Source: a virus
Strand: one strand, 5' to 3'
Virus record (IMG/VR): IMGVR_UViG_3300030061_003600
Length of the DNA stretch: 64,000 bases
Part shown: positions 9,842-19,464 of the stretch, piece after piece
How the letters are laid out: each line of letters begins with the position of its first letter
Numbering within the stretch: the first letter of the stretch is position 1
Notes under the pieces: generated by a model
Databases searched by the model: none
Told to the model about the DNA's origin: nothing
What the model saw: the letters and a program-made list of their open reading frames with translations, nothing else
Program-made: the position numbers and the translations under genes

Positions 9842-12800
9842 TTGAGGAAGGAGGATATGTATGTGATTGGTAAATATGTGGCGAGAAATCCAAATTTTGT
9901 TTACGGAAATTGCAGTCCTTTCGCTGATACCACCAAAACTTACCCAAAAGATGGGCTTATACAAGGTCAATATGGAATAAATACTTCTTATTGGAAATCA
10001 CTTAAAAAAGTGGCTGACCAAAAAGGAAAACAAAAGACCGAATACTTTAAAGAAAGAATTTTAACAGGAAGCGGAGCCAAAGACCCTGATGTAAGAAAGT
10101 TGATGGATAGATTATTTAAACACCCTGTTTATGAAGATTTAGTAGATGCATTGGGTAATTTAATTAATTATAATGTTTTAAACAATACATTCCAATCAAT
10201 AGGTGAGAGAGGAAGCACCTTTGACAAAATAAATACAAACCTTAATTTTTCTTCACTTCCTTATGGTTTAGTTTCATCTATAAATACAGGAAACTACAAG
10301 CATTATGTAGATTATACCGGACAACTTTCAGTTACAGAGGTTAAGGAAATGATGATAGCACTTTCTCCGGTTAATCTTAATTTAAGTAATTCAACAGTAG
10401 AGCAGACAGGAAAGTATTTTCAATGCGTATTGAACTCGGATGAAAATACCATTAAGTTAGATTATAGAAAAAACTTTGCAAGGGGTTATATAAAAAATGA
10501 AAAAGTAAATTTAGACCTGCGAAGCACAGGAGAAGATTATAATTGCACACCCCTATCCTTACAATCTTCCATAGATGAATCTTATATGACAGGTGGGTAT
10601 GCCTATAATTTAGAAAAGATAAACGATGAATCAACTAAAATAAATATATCACCTATTTCGGATAAACAAAGTTGCACGGAGAGAGATTTGCAAAAGATTG
10701 AAAAACAAGCAGAATTTGTAAGTGATTTACCCAACAATGATAAATATGTAAAGGTTTCAGGTATAAAAGGAAAGGAATTATTAGATAATGTTATGCCTTT
10801 TAGTTGTTTGTCAAGAAATTTTTATGATAGTGCAAATCAAATTTTTAGTGAAAGCAAAGATGGTTTTAAAGCAATTTCTACAAGATTATATTTTGACAAA
10901 AGAAATGAGGTGTTTTTAAATGCCCGAAGTAATGATTTATTTTTTGCTTTATCCTGTGCAACATTTGGAGATATTAAAGAAGATGTAATAGATGTTTATT
11001 ATAACGAGTCAAAGGATGAAGCATATTTTGTAAATTCAAATAAAGAACAATATGGATATTGTAGAGGTTTAAATGCTTCATTGCTTTCTAATTGTGAGCA
11101 CATTATTTATGCAGAATTATATAAGCCATCTTTATCTATTCAGCAGAAAACTCAATTATTTGAGGAGCAGGATGTAAGACCGATAACTTTATCTAAAGAA
11201 ATAATAGATGAAGCAGAAAGTTTAGAGTCAGCAATTCAAAGACAGGCAAAACTACAAGACATTCAAGATGGAGAGATATTTTATAAACTCTTAATTAAAA
11301 ATATAACTGCATATGTTTATACTTATGCGGAGCAAATAAAGGTAAATGGTTCATTGGTGTGGAGAACACAAAAAAATCCAAAATGGTCATTAGATGCAAG
11401 TGAGGGTAATTGGTTTAAAAATCAAGATGGAAAGATGCAATGGTCTAATCCGGACAATTTTTATATCTATGATGTAAGAGAAACATTTTGGATGAACAAT
11501 CAGGATATGTCAATAAAAGAGGTGTTGGCATATTTTGTAACAAAAGGAGGAAGCAGTAAAGACAATTCATCTTATTACAGAAAACTTTGCCAAAGGATAT
11601 TAGGAATAGATTATTTCGTTTTTTCTAAAAAATTATTCCCAATACTTTTACAGGAAGGATATATATGCGTTGAGGAATTAGATATTTCGCCAAGTTCAGG
11701 AGAGGTAACAAACCGGAAATATAGTTATCGTTATGATTACACATCGGGAGATGTATATAAAAAATTAGAAGTTCTTGGGGGCAACCTTCAAGACAATATA
11801 AAAGCATTTTATGGAGAAAATAAAGGAAATCAAATTATAGATAATCAATTTTCTCTTCTTGATAATGCAAAACCTACACCCCTTTCTTTTGGAGATAAAA
11901 ACCCCGCATTAAATCTTGTAATTAATATACATAACCCTATTTTATTTAGAAGTAAAGATAGTTTTGTTGGTAGAATAGGTGAGGATTATGGTGTATTTAG
12001 AGATGGAAAAGTGAGAATTTCAACCGTGGAGCAGGGAGATAATATGTATAATCCTATAAAAGAAGGAGGAGGAGGAAGAAGTCAAATATATAAGTATTTT
12101 AGAGAGCAAAATCCATTGAACTTATCTAACAATCATTTAAAGAAATTTTATGAATGGATAATGTTTGGAAAAGGAGTGGATTTTATAAGTAATCCAATAA
12201 TAAAGAACAGAAAAGAGTTTTACTTAATTGAAGGATATGTTTTTCCTATTCCTTCATCAGAATTTATTACCAAGCACATACTTCCAAATTTTGAAAAGAT
12301 TGTAGATGAGGGAGATAATATACCTTGTCCTTTAGAGTTTTTGCCCCAACTTCAAAAAAATCAAAAAACATTTACTAAAGGAAATGTATATAAAAATAGT
12401 GACAGATTCCAATATAGTAACTTAACACAAGCAAGTAGAGAAAACTTAATTAAAATAGGATTAGTAGAGAAAAAACCAAAGAAGGCAGTAGAGGTAAAAA
12501 TAAAAGACCCTAAAGACCCGAAACAAACAATTACAAAAAAACAAATGTTTACTCCTATTACAGAGGAAGAGGGTAAAAGGATTTTTAATGTTATTTCAGA
12601 TAAATATAAGAAATTAGAAAGTGAGATAATAATTGAGGGTAATTCTTTATTTACTATTTTTTGTAAAACACAACTTAAACCTGATTACAGAATATATTTA
12701 GAAAAATTATGGAACTCTACATATAACAATATGGCGGTTGCTAATTATAAAAAGTTTCCTATTTTCTGTGAGCATTCAAGGTGGTTTGGCTCAATGCCAA

Positions 12801-15800
12801 AACCTTTTTTGTTTAATTTAAGAGATGCCCAAGTTGAGGGTATGAAGTTTTCGGTAGCAAACAAAAATTCAGGACTTTTGGCACACGAGGTTGGTTTTGG
12901 TAAAACAACCACATCTATTGCTATGATGTCCCATATGATATTAACCGGAGAAAGTAAAAGAACGATAGTATTTACTCCTAATCAGGTTTATGAAAAATTT
13001 GCAGATGAGATTATTGGGAGAGATACTACGGGCACATTAGGTCTATTAACAAATTGGCAAGTATTAGAAAAAGACAAAAGAGAAGGAAATAAAAGCCGAG
13101 TAGATATTATTAAGTTTGGAAATGCATCTACAACTATTTTATTTGGAACAAAAGATGTTGAGGGTCTTAAAGAATATAATCAAGATGAATTAGATATTAT
13201 AGCAAGGTGGAAGGGAAAAACTAAACCGAGAAAAGGAAAAGACACAAGAACTGAAGAAGAAAAAGGGGTGTTAGAGCAGGTTAGAAAACAACTATCTAAT
13301 TTACCCGCAGGGCGACCAACATTTTTACCTGAAGATAATCTTCCTGTCATTACTTATAGTGATGGTAGAGAAGAGGGTAGTAGGTTTTCAAAGACATTAA
13401 GAGAATCAGATGCAGGAAAATGGTTTGATTCTTTTAATTATTATCTTGGTTCAAAGATACCTGAACTTTACGATGATGAAAATGTATCTCAACTTGAGGC
13501 AATTGAAGGTGTTATTGATAAAGTACAAAGATTAATAGATTTTAATGTTGCAACAGTAGATAGTGAATATGAGAAATTTAAAACCGGATATAGATATAAT
13601 ATGCAAGATTTTACCGGAGAAAATAAATCTAAAATATCTACCTATCCACAATCAGTACAAGATTGGTGGAAGAAAGCAGACCCAAGAGCAAATAAAAACA
13701 CTCTAAATTATGCAATAGGTCAGAATTCTTATCCTCAAAAATCTTGGGTTAGCAATACCGATGATGCTTTAAAAGATGGGGTGATTACTAAAAGTCAATA
13801 TGACAGAATTAAAGCGGAAGAAAAATCTCTTCAACAAGAATGGGAGGGAACTTTATCCGAGTTGGGAATAAAGAAAATAAAACAACTTGAAAATAATCTT
13901 GGTAAAGTATTTTTTAATCCAACTGACAATAAAAATTCAGGAAAAGTTACCGTTCTATTGAAGCAAATAGAAGGGATGTTAATTGATATATTAGGCATAT
14001 ATAAACCGCAAGTATTAGCGGAAAATAGGATAATTTTATGTTCACATCAGGCAATTAAAAAGTTTAGGGCTTCTTCCGAAGCAAGAGATAAAGCCAAGAT
14101 GTATGTGCAAAATGTAGAAGATGTTCGGTATGTAAATCCAAGCACAAGTAGATTTTATGATAATCTTGCTAATCAACCACTTTCTTTTAGAAAATTAAAC
14201 ATTGATGGTATATGTGTAGATGAGATACACAATTTCAATAATTTAATAAGTAAGCCAAGAGAACATATGTTGTCTAATGTTTCTCCAAAACGATTAGGAA
14301 GAAGCAAGGCGGAGAAAGAGTTCCATTTACTTCCTACTATGTCAGCAAATGCTGCTCTTAAATTTTTACCCGATGGAGATAGTATTACATCTAATGTTGG
14401 TCTGTATATTCAAGAGGAAACACCATATCATCATCCAAACAAGAAAAATCTTAAAACAGAAAAATCGGGCAGTCAGAATGCTTACCGACTTAAATACTAT
14501 TCTTCAGGTAAGGGTAGTTTAACAAGTGGACCATCCAATCTAATGGCTTTAGTGTTCCAAATTCAAGAGAAAGAAAGCAATAAAGATGTTAATAATACAA
14601 TTTTAATGTCTGCAACCCCTTTCACGGATAACATTTTCCAAATGTTTTCAGTATTTGGTATGACTAATTTAGAAAAGATGAAAGAGAGCAACATTGCATC
14701 AGTATGGGAATTCTTTGTGACTTTTGTAAAAGAAGAATGGAGATATAACATTACACATAGGCAAACCTTCGGATTATTTCCGGAAATACAGAGTTATTAT
14801 AACACTTCAGCAATGGCGAACTTTATAAAGGCGATGGCTAATTTTAAGGTTTCCGATAAAATTATTGAAAGCACCCGACCTTTAAAATATCTTATACCAC
14901 AAGATGGTGCGGATAGTGGGTATCAAGCGGGAGCAAATACTTCATCTGTGGAATGGGCACCTGAACTTGCGGATGTGTCAAGTTATATTGAATTAAGTCC
15001 TGTTCAAACACAGATAATGAAAAAGATTTCAGAATATGTAGAAGGAAAGATAGATGTTCCTTTCCAATACTGCCCTAATTATGGAGAGGCAATACAAGTA
15101 AAGGAAGAAACCGGTGAGATAACATTTGTTAATGAGGAGGTTAAAGAAACGATTGAAGAAGTAGATGATATATTAAAAAGAGCAAAGAAAGAAGAAGAGT
15201 CAAGTAATGAGTGGAGTGAATTGCTTTTTGAGGCGAGAAGATTATTGGTTTCATTAAGAGAAGCATATCCTGAAGATGGAAGAATTGCACGAAAACAACA
15301 AAAGGTGGATAGGGCACTTTATGAGCCGGAGCAACTAAAAGAAATGAAAGAGGAGGAGTCCTTATATGATAGTAATTATGAGGACATTGATTTGACCGTA
15401 AATAGCAAGAATGAAGTTAGGTTAGCAAGAGCAATTGTTGGTCAATCTTTTGGGCAATTATGTGTGATTTCTCCTTATCTATTAAAATGTGATAAAGATG
15501 GAATAACTCCTAACGACCTACTAAAAGATTATCCTTTATATCCTGATGATAAATCTAAATCGGCAAAGAATTTTGTAGAGCAAAGTCCAAAAATTAAATA
15601 TGCCGTAGAGTGTGCAATAAACTCAATACTTTATGACTCTAAATCAGTTAGAAATGACCGGCAGGTTGGAGGTCAGATAATATACATTAATAAGGGTAAA
15701 AGTATGAAGTATGGCGGAAACTTTTATAATATATATGAACTTATACAAACTTATATAGCAGATAGAAAAATTAAGTATTATGACAATATAGAAGAGAAAG

Positions 15801-17212
15801 AAAAAATACTAACTAAAGAGCATATTGGTATTATTACGGGGGGTATGTCGGGAACAGTAAGTGCGACAGATAAGTACAATGAGGTCAAGATAGATAATAC
15901 GACTAATAAACCTAAAAAAATAGGTAAAAGAGAAGATATAAGAGATAAGTTTAATGATGGAAGAATAAAGATATTAATAGGTTCTTCGGCTATAAAAGAA
16001 GGAATAGACCTAAATAAAAGAGCCCATACTCTTTATGTATGTGATAGCGACTTTTCTCCTTCTAATGCAATGCAATTAGAGGGCAGAATATGGCGACAAG
16101 GAAATATGTGGGAGTTTGTCAGAATAGTATATGTGCTTGGGAGAGATAGTATTGATGCATTCGTTTATTCAAAACTCCAAACCAAGATAACAGAGATTAA
16201 AAAGATGTTAGAGCAGGGAGTATATGAAATGAATAAGACCCAATATACTATAAATGCAAAAGAAAGAATTAGAAATATAATTTCTGATATTGACCAATTG
16301 ACTGATTTGGCTTGGCAAGACCGGGTAGATGAATTAAACATAAAAGTTGCTAATTATTCAGATGAAAAGAGTAAACTTCAAACTATAAGAAAAAAATATG
16401 GAGAAGTAAAAATTTCTTTTGATAAATATGTATATATGATGAACCTTCTTTACAAATTGGTAATAGATAGAGAAAAAAGAATACTTGCGGATAAAGAAAA
16501 AACACAAATTGATATATTAAAACAATATGAGTGGCAAGTAAAAAGTAGAGGTAGGGGCAGGTTGTGGAGAGAGCAGAATAGGTTTGTTCCGGTTTCTATG
16601 GAGGAGGTATTGGAAATTATTGATAAGAAAATAGATAATAACGATATAGTTTTGGAAAACCAAGATATTCATCTAACCTCTTATTCAGATATGTCAGAAG
16701 TAAATGTCGTTGCAAATAAGGTTAGAAGAATGGTAAATGCACGAAAGGGCGAGATAAAAACCATTCTTTCTTTACCCCAAGACCAAAGAGATATGGAATT
16801 AAGAAATACTAATTCAGAATCAAGTTTAGGGAAACAGGTAGTTAAAGTTATTTTATATAATCAAAAGGATAAAAAGGGTTTTGTGTATGAATCTCTTGTT
16901 AAAAGAATAAATGAATTTGTTACCGGCTCTGAATATGAAAGTGTAATTACTAATTATAATTATCTAATAGAAAATAAGGGATATTCTATTGAAGATGCGG
17001 AACTATTAATTACTAAAGCAAATAACAAAATAGTAGAAGGTCAATCAGAATTAAATAGCGAAAAGAAGTGGAAGTCGGAAAGAAGAATAAAAGAGCAGGA
17101 AATTCAAGATGAAAACTCTAAAATGAGAGGAGATGACCTTGAAACATTGATAGAGAACTTTAAGAGGTCTATGTCATTATTAAAAATTAGAGTAAAAAAA
17201 GATAAAAAATGA
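9842..17212 (+). CDS. very large DarB-like SF2 (SNF2-type) helicase/translocase; true start may be upstream at 9770
   Basis: LLAHEVGFGKT (I), CVDEIHNFNNL (II), MSATPF (III), IGSSAIKEGIDL (V), QLEGRIWRQGN (VI), the motif style of P1 DarB-type proteins. Confidence 0.85.
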   Translation: MRKEDMYVIGKYVARNPNFVYGNCSPFADTTKTYPKDGLIQGQYGINTSYWKSLKKVADQKGKQKTEYFKERILTGSGAKDPDVRKLMDRLFKHPVYEDLVDALGNLINYNVLNNTFQSIGERGSTFDKINTNLNFSSLPYGLVSSINTGNYKHYVDYTGQLSVTEVKEMMIALSPVNLNLSNSTVEQTGKYFQCVLNSDENTIKLDYRKNFARGYIKNEKVNLDLRSTGEDYNCTPLSLQSSIDESYMTGGYAYNLEKINDESTKINISPISDKQSCTERDLQKIEKQAEFVSDLPNNDKYVKVSGIKGKELLDNVMPFSCLSRNFYDSANQIFSESKDGFKAISTRLYFDKRNEVFLNARSNDLFFALSCATFGDIKEDVIDVYYNESKDEAYFVNSNKEQYGYCRGLNASLLSNCEHIIYAELYKPSLSIQQKTQLFEEQDVRPITLSKEIIDEAESLESAIQRQAKLQDIQDGEIFYKLLIKNITAYVYTYAEQIKVNGSLVWRTQKNPKWSLDASEGNWFKNQDGKMQWSNPDNFYIYDVRETFWMNNQDMSIKEVLAYFVTKGGSSKDNSSYYRKLCQRILGIDYFVFSKKLFPILLQEGYICVEELDISPSSGEVTNRKYSYRYDYTSGDVYKKLEVLGGNLQDNIKAFYGENKGNQIIDNQFSLLDNAKPTPLSFGDKNPALNLVINIHNPILFRSKDSFVGRIGEDYGVFRDGKVRISTVEQGDNMYNPIKEGGGGRSQIYKYFREQNPLNLSNNHLKKFYEWIMFGKGVDFISNPIIKNRKEFYLIEGYVFPIPSSEFITKHILPNFEKIVDEGDNIPCPLEFLPQLQKNQKTFTKGNVYKNSDRFQYSNLTQASRENLIKIGLVEKKPKKAVEVKIKDPKDPKQTITKKQMFTPITEEEGKRIFNVISDKYKKLESEIIIEGNSLFTIFCKTQLKPDYRIYLEKLWNSTYNNMAVANYKKFPIFCEHSRWFGSMPKPFLFNLRDAQVEGMKFSVANKNSGLLAHEVGFGKTTTSIAMMSHMILTGESKRTIVFTPNQVYEKFADEIIGRDTTGTLGLLTNWQVLEKDKREGNKSRVDIIKFGNASTTILFGTKDVEGLKEYNQDELDIIARWKGKTKPRKGKDTRTEEEKGVLEQVRKQLSNLPAGRPTFLPEDNLPVITYSDGREEGSRFSKTLRESDAGKWFDSFNYYLGSKIPELYDDENVSQLEAIEGVIDKVQRLIDFNVATVDSEYEKFKTGYRYNMQDFTGENKSKISTYPQSVQDWWKKADPRANKNTLNYAIGQNSYPQKSWVSNTDDALKDGVITKSQYDRIKAEEKSLQQEWEGTLSELGIKKIKQLENNLGKVFFNPTDNKNSGKVTVLLKQIEGMLIDILGIYKPQVLAENRIILCSHQAIKKFRASSEARDKAKMYVQNVEDVRYVNPSTSRFYDNLANQPLSFRKLNIDGICVDEIHNFNNLISKPREHMLSNVSPKRLGRSKAEKEFHLLPTMSANAALKFLPDGDSITSNVGLYIQEETPYHHPNKKNLKTEKSGSQNAYRLKYYSSGKGSLTSGPSNLMALVFQIQEKESNKDVNNTILMSATPFTDNIFQMFSVFGMTNLEKMKESNIASVWEFFVTFVKEEWRYNITHRQTFGLFPEIQSYYNTSAMANFIKAMANFKVSDKIIESTRPLKYLIPQDGADSGYQAGANTSSVEWAPELADVSSYIELSPVQTQIMKKISEYVEGKIDVPFQYCPNYGEAIQVKEETGEITFVNEEVKETIEEVDDILKRAKKEEESSNEWSELLFEARRLLVSLREAYPEDGRIARKQQKVDRALYEPEQLKEMKEEESLYDSNYEDIDLTVNSKNEVRLARAIVGQSFGQLCVISPYLLKCDKDGITPNDLLKDYPLYPDDKSKSAKNFVEQSPKIKYAVECAINSILYDSKSVRNDRQVGGQIIYINKGKSMKYGGNFYNIYELIQTYIADRKIKYYDNIEEKEKILTKEHIGIITGGMSGTVSATDKYNEVKIDNTTNKPKKIGKREDIRDKFNDGRIKILIGSSAIKEGIDLNKRAHTLYVCDSDFSPSNAMQLEGRIWRQGNMWEFVRIVYVLGRDSIDAFVYSKLQTKITEIKKMLEQGVYEMNKTQYTINAKERIRNIISDIDQLTDLAWQDRVDELNIKVANYSDEKSKLQTIRKKYGEVKISFDKYVYMMNLLYKLVIDREKRILADKEKTQIDILKQYEWQVKSRGRGRLWREQNRFVPVSMEEVLEIIDKKIDNNDIVLENQDIHLTSYSDMSEVNVVANKVRRMVNARKGEIKTILSLPQDQRDMELRNTNSESSLGKQVVKVILYNQKDKKGFVYESLVKRINEFVTGSEYESVITNYNYLIENKGYSIEDAELLITKANNKIVEGQSELNSEKKWKSERRIKEQEIQDENSKMRGDDLETLIENFKRSMSLLKIRVKKDKK

Positions 17213-19461
17213 GAAAGTTTTTAGACACATTTCCTAATATAAAACTTCAGCAGTTATATACAGTATATCCTGATTATAATGTTTTTATTAACGAATTAAT
17301 TGAGTTAGATAAAAAGGTAAAAGAAGGTGTTTCGGTAGAGGTTGAAGAGCAATATGAATTACTTATGAATACTTTGGATGCCTTTTTATTTAGAGAAAGT
17401 AGCATTGAAAAGTTTAACAATGTATATACTAACCCTATACAACAAATTGATATATCATTGATACCACAACAAGGAGTATCATTGCCATTAGAAGAAAGAG
17501 AAGAAATAGAAGCAGATTTAGAAAGCGAGATAAAGGAGATGATGAAAGGAGTGGATAGTGATGTTGTTGAAGAAATAATGCAAGAAAACGAAGAACAAAA
17601 ACAAAAGATAATCGGAGAGGAAATGCCAATCCGAACAAGAGAAGATTTTGATGAAGAAGATAGGTTTGTGGGGATAAGTTGGAAATATGATACTTTCAAG
17701 CAAACTGAATTTGCCCTTGCTCTTGCTATGTTAAAGCAAGGTTGTAAATTTTATTATACTACATATGGGTCCAAGCATTTCGCAATGTTTAAGTTAAAGG
17801 GAATGGGTAGAATAATTATAGAAACATCAGAGGAAAGATATAGTTATGATAACTTATTTCAACCATCTAATAAAGAATTAAAAGTATTTATGCTTGATGA
17901 TAGTGGAAAATCATTGCAAACTATTTTCAATATATTCAAAGATGCTTGGGATATGGATGAGGATTCTTATTCCAAATTAGATGATGAATTTTTATTTAAT
18001 ACTCCATACATATATTCAGCATATCAAGAAGGTGTATTGTGGAAAGAGGCAGAATTGCTACAACAGTCAAGGGGTATTGTTGAAAGAGGAAGATGGCTCA
18101 ATGAGTATTTTTCATTATATGTTCCTTTAGAAAGAATATGCACATTACAGTTGTGTAAAGAGGTTCACCAAAACACAAGGGGAAGCGAGGCAGATGCAAA
18201 AGAAGTTATACAAAGAGATTTAAAGGAAAATACCTTTTATATAGAGGGTATTGGGGATGTAAATCATTCCTATGATATTTTAGAAAAATTACAAACTCAA
18301 AACCTATTAGATATAAATTATAAACCTACTCCACTTGCATCCGGATTGCTTTCTTACAATAGCGATAAAATTATGCCGCAGTTCAGACCATTTATGTATT
18401 ATATGAACAATTTGGGTGAAAATTTGAAAAAATCAAAAGAAACTTATTATTCCTCTTTTAATGGTCAAACAGTTTATCACACCAAAAAAGATGTTAAGGA
18501 TATAAAATTTGCTTTAGCAATTCCAAGTACGGACAGACAACTGATGGGTGTTGAGAATGCTATTCAGGCAGATTCTTTTCCTGTTAAATGGCAACAAGAA
18601 GAAGATTTTAAGAACTACCACGAGTATTTAACATTTGCTTCCGGAGGTAGTTTAAGTATTAGAAAAATGCACGAAGCCCGTGAGCAAAGAAAAGCAACAC
18701 AGGGTAAAATAATGTTTAGAGATTTAGACCGAAAAGAATTATATGTAGCAAGTACAGAAAGACCCGGCATAAATTACTGCATTAACGGACAAGATTATAG
18801 GTATATATGCTCAATGTACGGAGAGGATAATATACGAATTTTAGGAACACCCGATTCACCTTTTAGTAAGCCATCATTAGTATTTTTTATGATAGTAGAT
18901 GCCAAAAACAACTTATTAGCAGTATTGTCTGCACTTGGCTCACAGGCACAACCGGCAACTAAAATGGTGGAAACAAGAAAGGGGGTTTGGGAGGAACAAG
19001 ATAGACAGATTTCTCCACGAATTCCAATAGATATGCAAGAAAAGATTTTGAATCAAAGGGAGGAAATACAATTAGATATTCTTGCAAGTTGGATAACCCT
19101 ATCTTCAAGAAATTACCCAAAAGAAATTTGGGATATGCAGAGTGCCGTAGAAGAGGTAGAAAAAACTGCACCTGTTCTAACATTAGAGGGAAAAATGATA
19201 GGTGAAAAAGAAGATATAGACACGAGTAATGAAGAGGAAATAAAAACAGATGAGGCGGAAAAAAGGGAAGATATAATTATAGATTTTGACAACCCTGAAG
19301 AGCCAATCGTTTTAGTAGAAGATGAGAAAACAATTAAATTAAAAGAACTAAATGAAGAGTTACTTGACCTGCAAGATTATATAGAGGAGATAGGAAATGA
19401 CCCGGATGCAGAAAAAGAAATTGAAGAAATAAAACAAAATATAGAAGCATTAAAACAATAA
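17209..19461 (+). CDS. large hypothetical protein (750 aa) with acidic ends
   Basis: Long ORF overlapping the helicase stop; one FASGG; no family recognised. Confidence 0.75.
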   Translation: MRKFLDTFPNIKLQQLYTVYPDYNVFINELIELDKKVKEGVSVEVEEQYELLMNTLDAFLFRESSIEKFNNVYTNPIQQIDISLIPQQGVSLPLEEREEIEADLESEIKEMMKGVDSDVVEEIMQENEEQKQKIIGEEMPIRTREDFDEEDRFVGISWKYDTFKQTEFALALAMLKQGCKFYYTTYGSKHFAMFKLKGMGRIIIETSEERYSYDNLFQPSNKELKVFMLDDSGKSLQTIFNIFKDAWDMDEDSYSKLDDEFLFNTPYIYSAYQEGVLWKEAELLQQSRGIVERGRWLNEYFSLYVPLERICTLQLCKEVHQNTRGSEADAKEVIQRDLKENTFYIEGIGDVNHSYDILEKLQTQNLLDINYKPTPLASGLLSYNSDKIMPQFRPFMYYMNNLGENLKKSKETYYSSFNGQTVYHTKKDVKDIKFALAIPSTDRQLMGVENAIQADSFPVKWQQEEDFKNYHEYLTFASGGSLSIRKMHEAREQRKATQGKIMFRDLDRKELYVASTERPGINYCINGQDYRYICSMYGEDNIRILGTPDSPFSKPSLVFFMIVDAKNNLLAVLSALGSQAQPATKMVETRKGVWEEQDRQISPRIPIDMQEKILNQREEIQLDILASWITLSSRNYPKEIWDMQSAVEEVEKTAPVLTLEGKMIGEKEDIDTSNEEEIKTDEAEKREDIIIDFDNPEEPIVLVEDEKTIKLKELNEELLDLQDYIEEIGNDPDAEKEIEEIKQNIEALKQ

Positions 19462-19464
19462 GAT

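Noticed and set aside
12900-14220. Intein in the helicase insertion
   Set aside because: No Cys/Ser start with His-Asn end or LAGLIDADG motifs recognised
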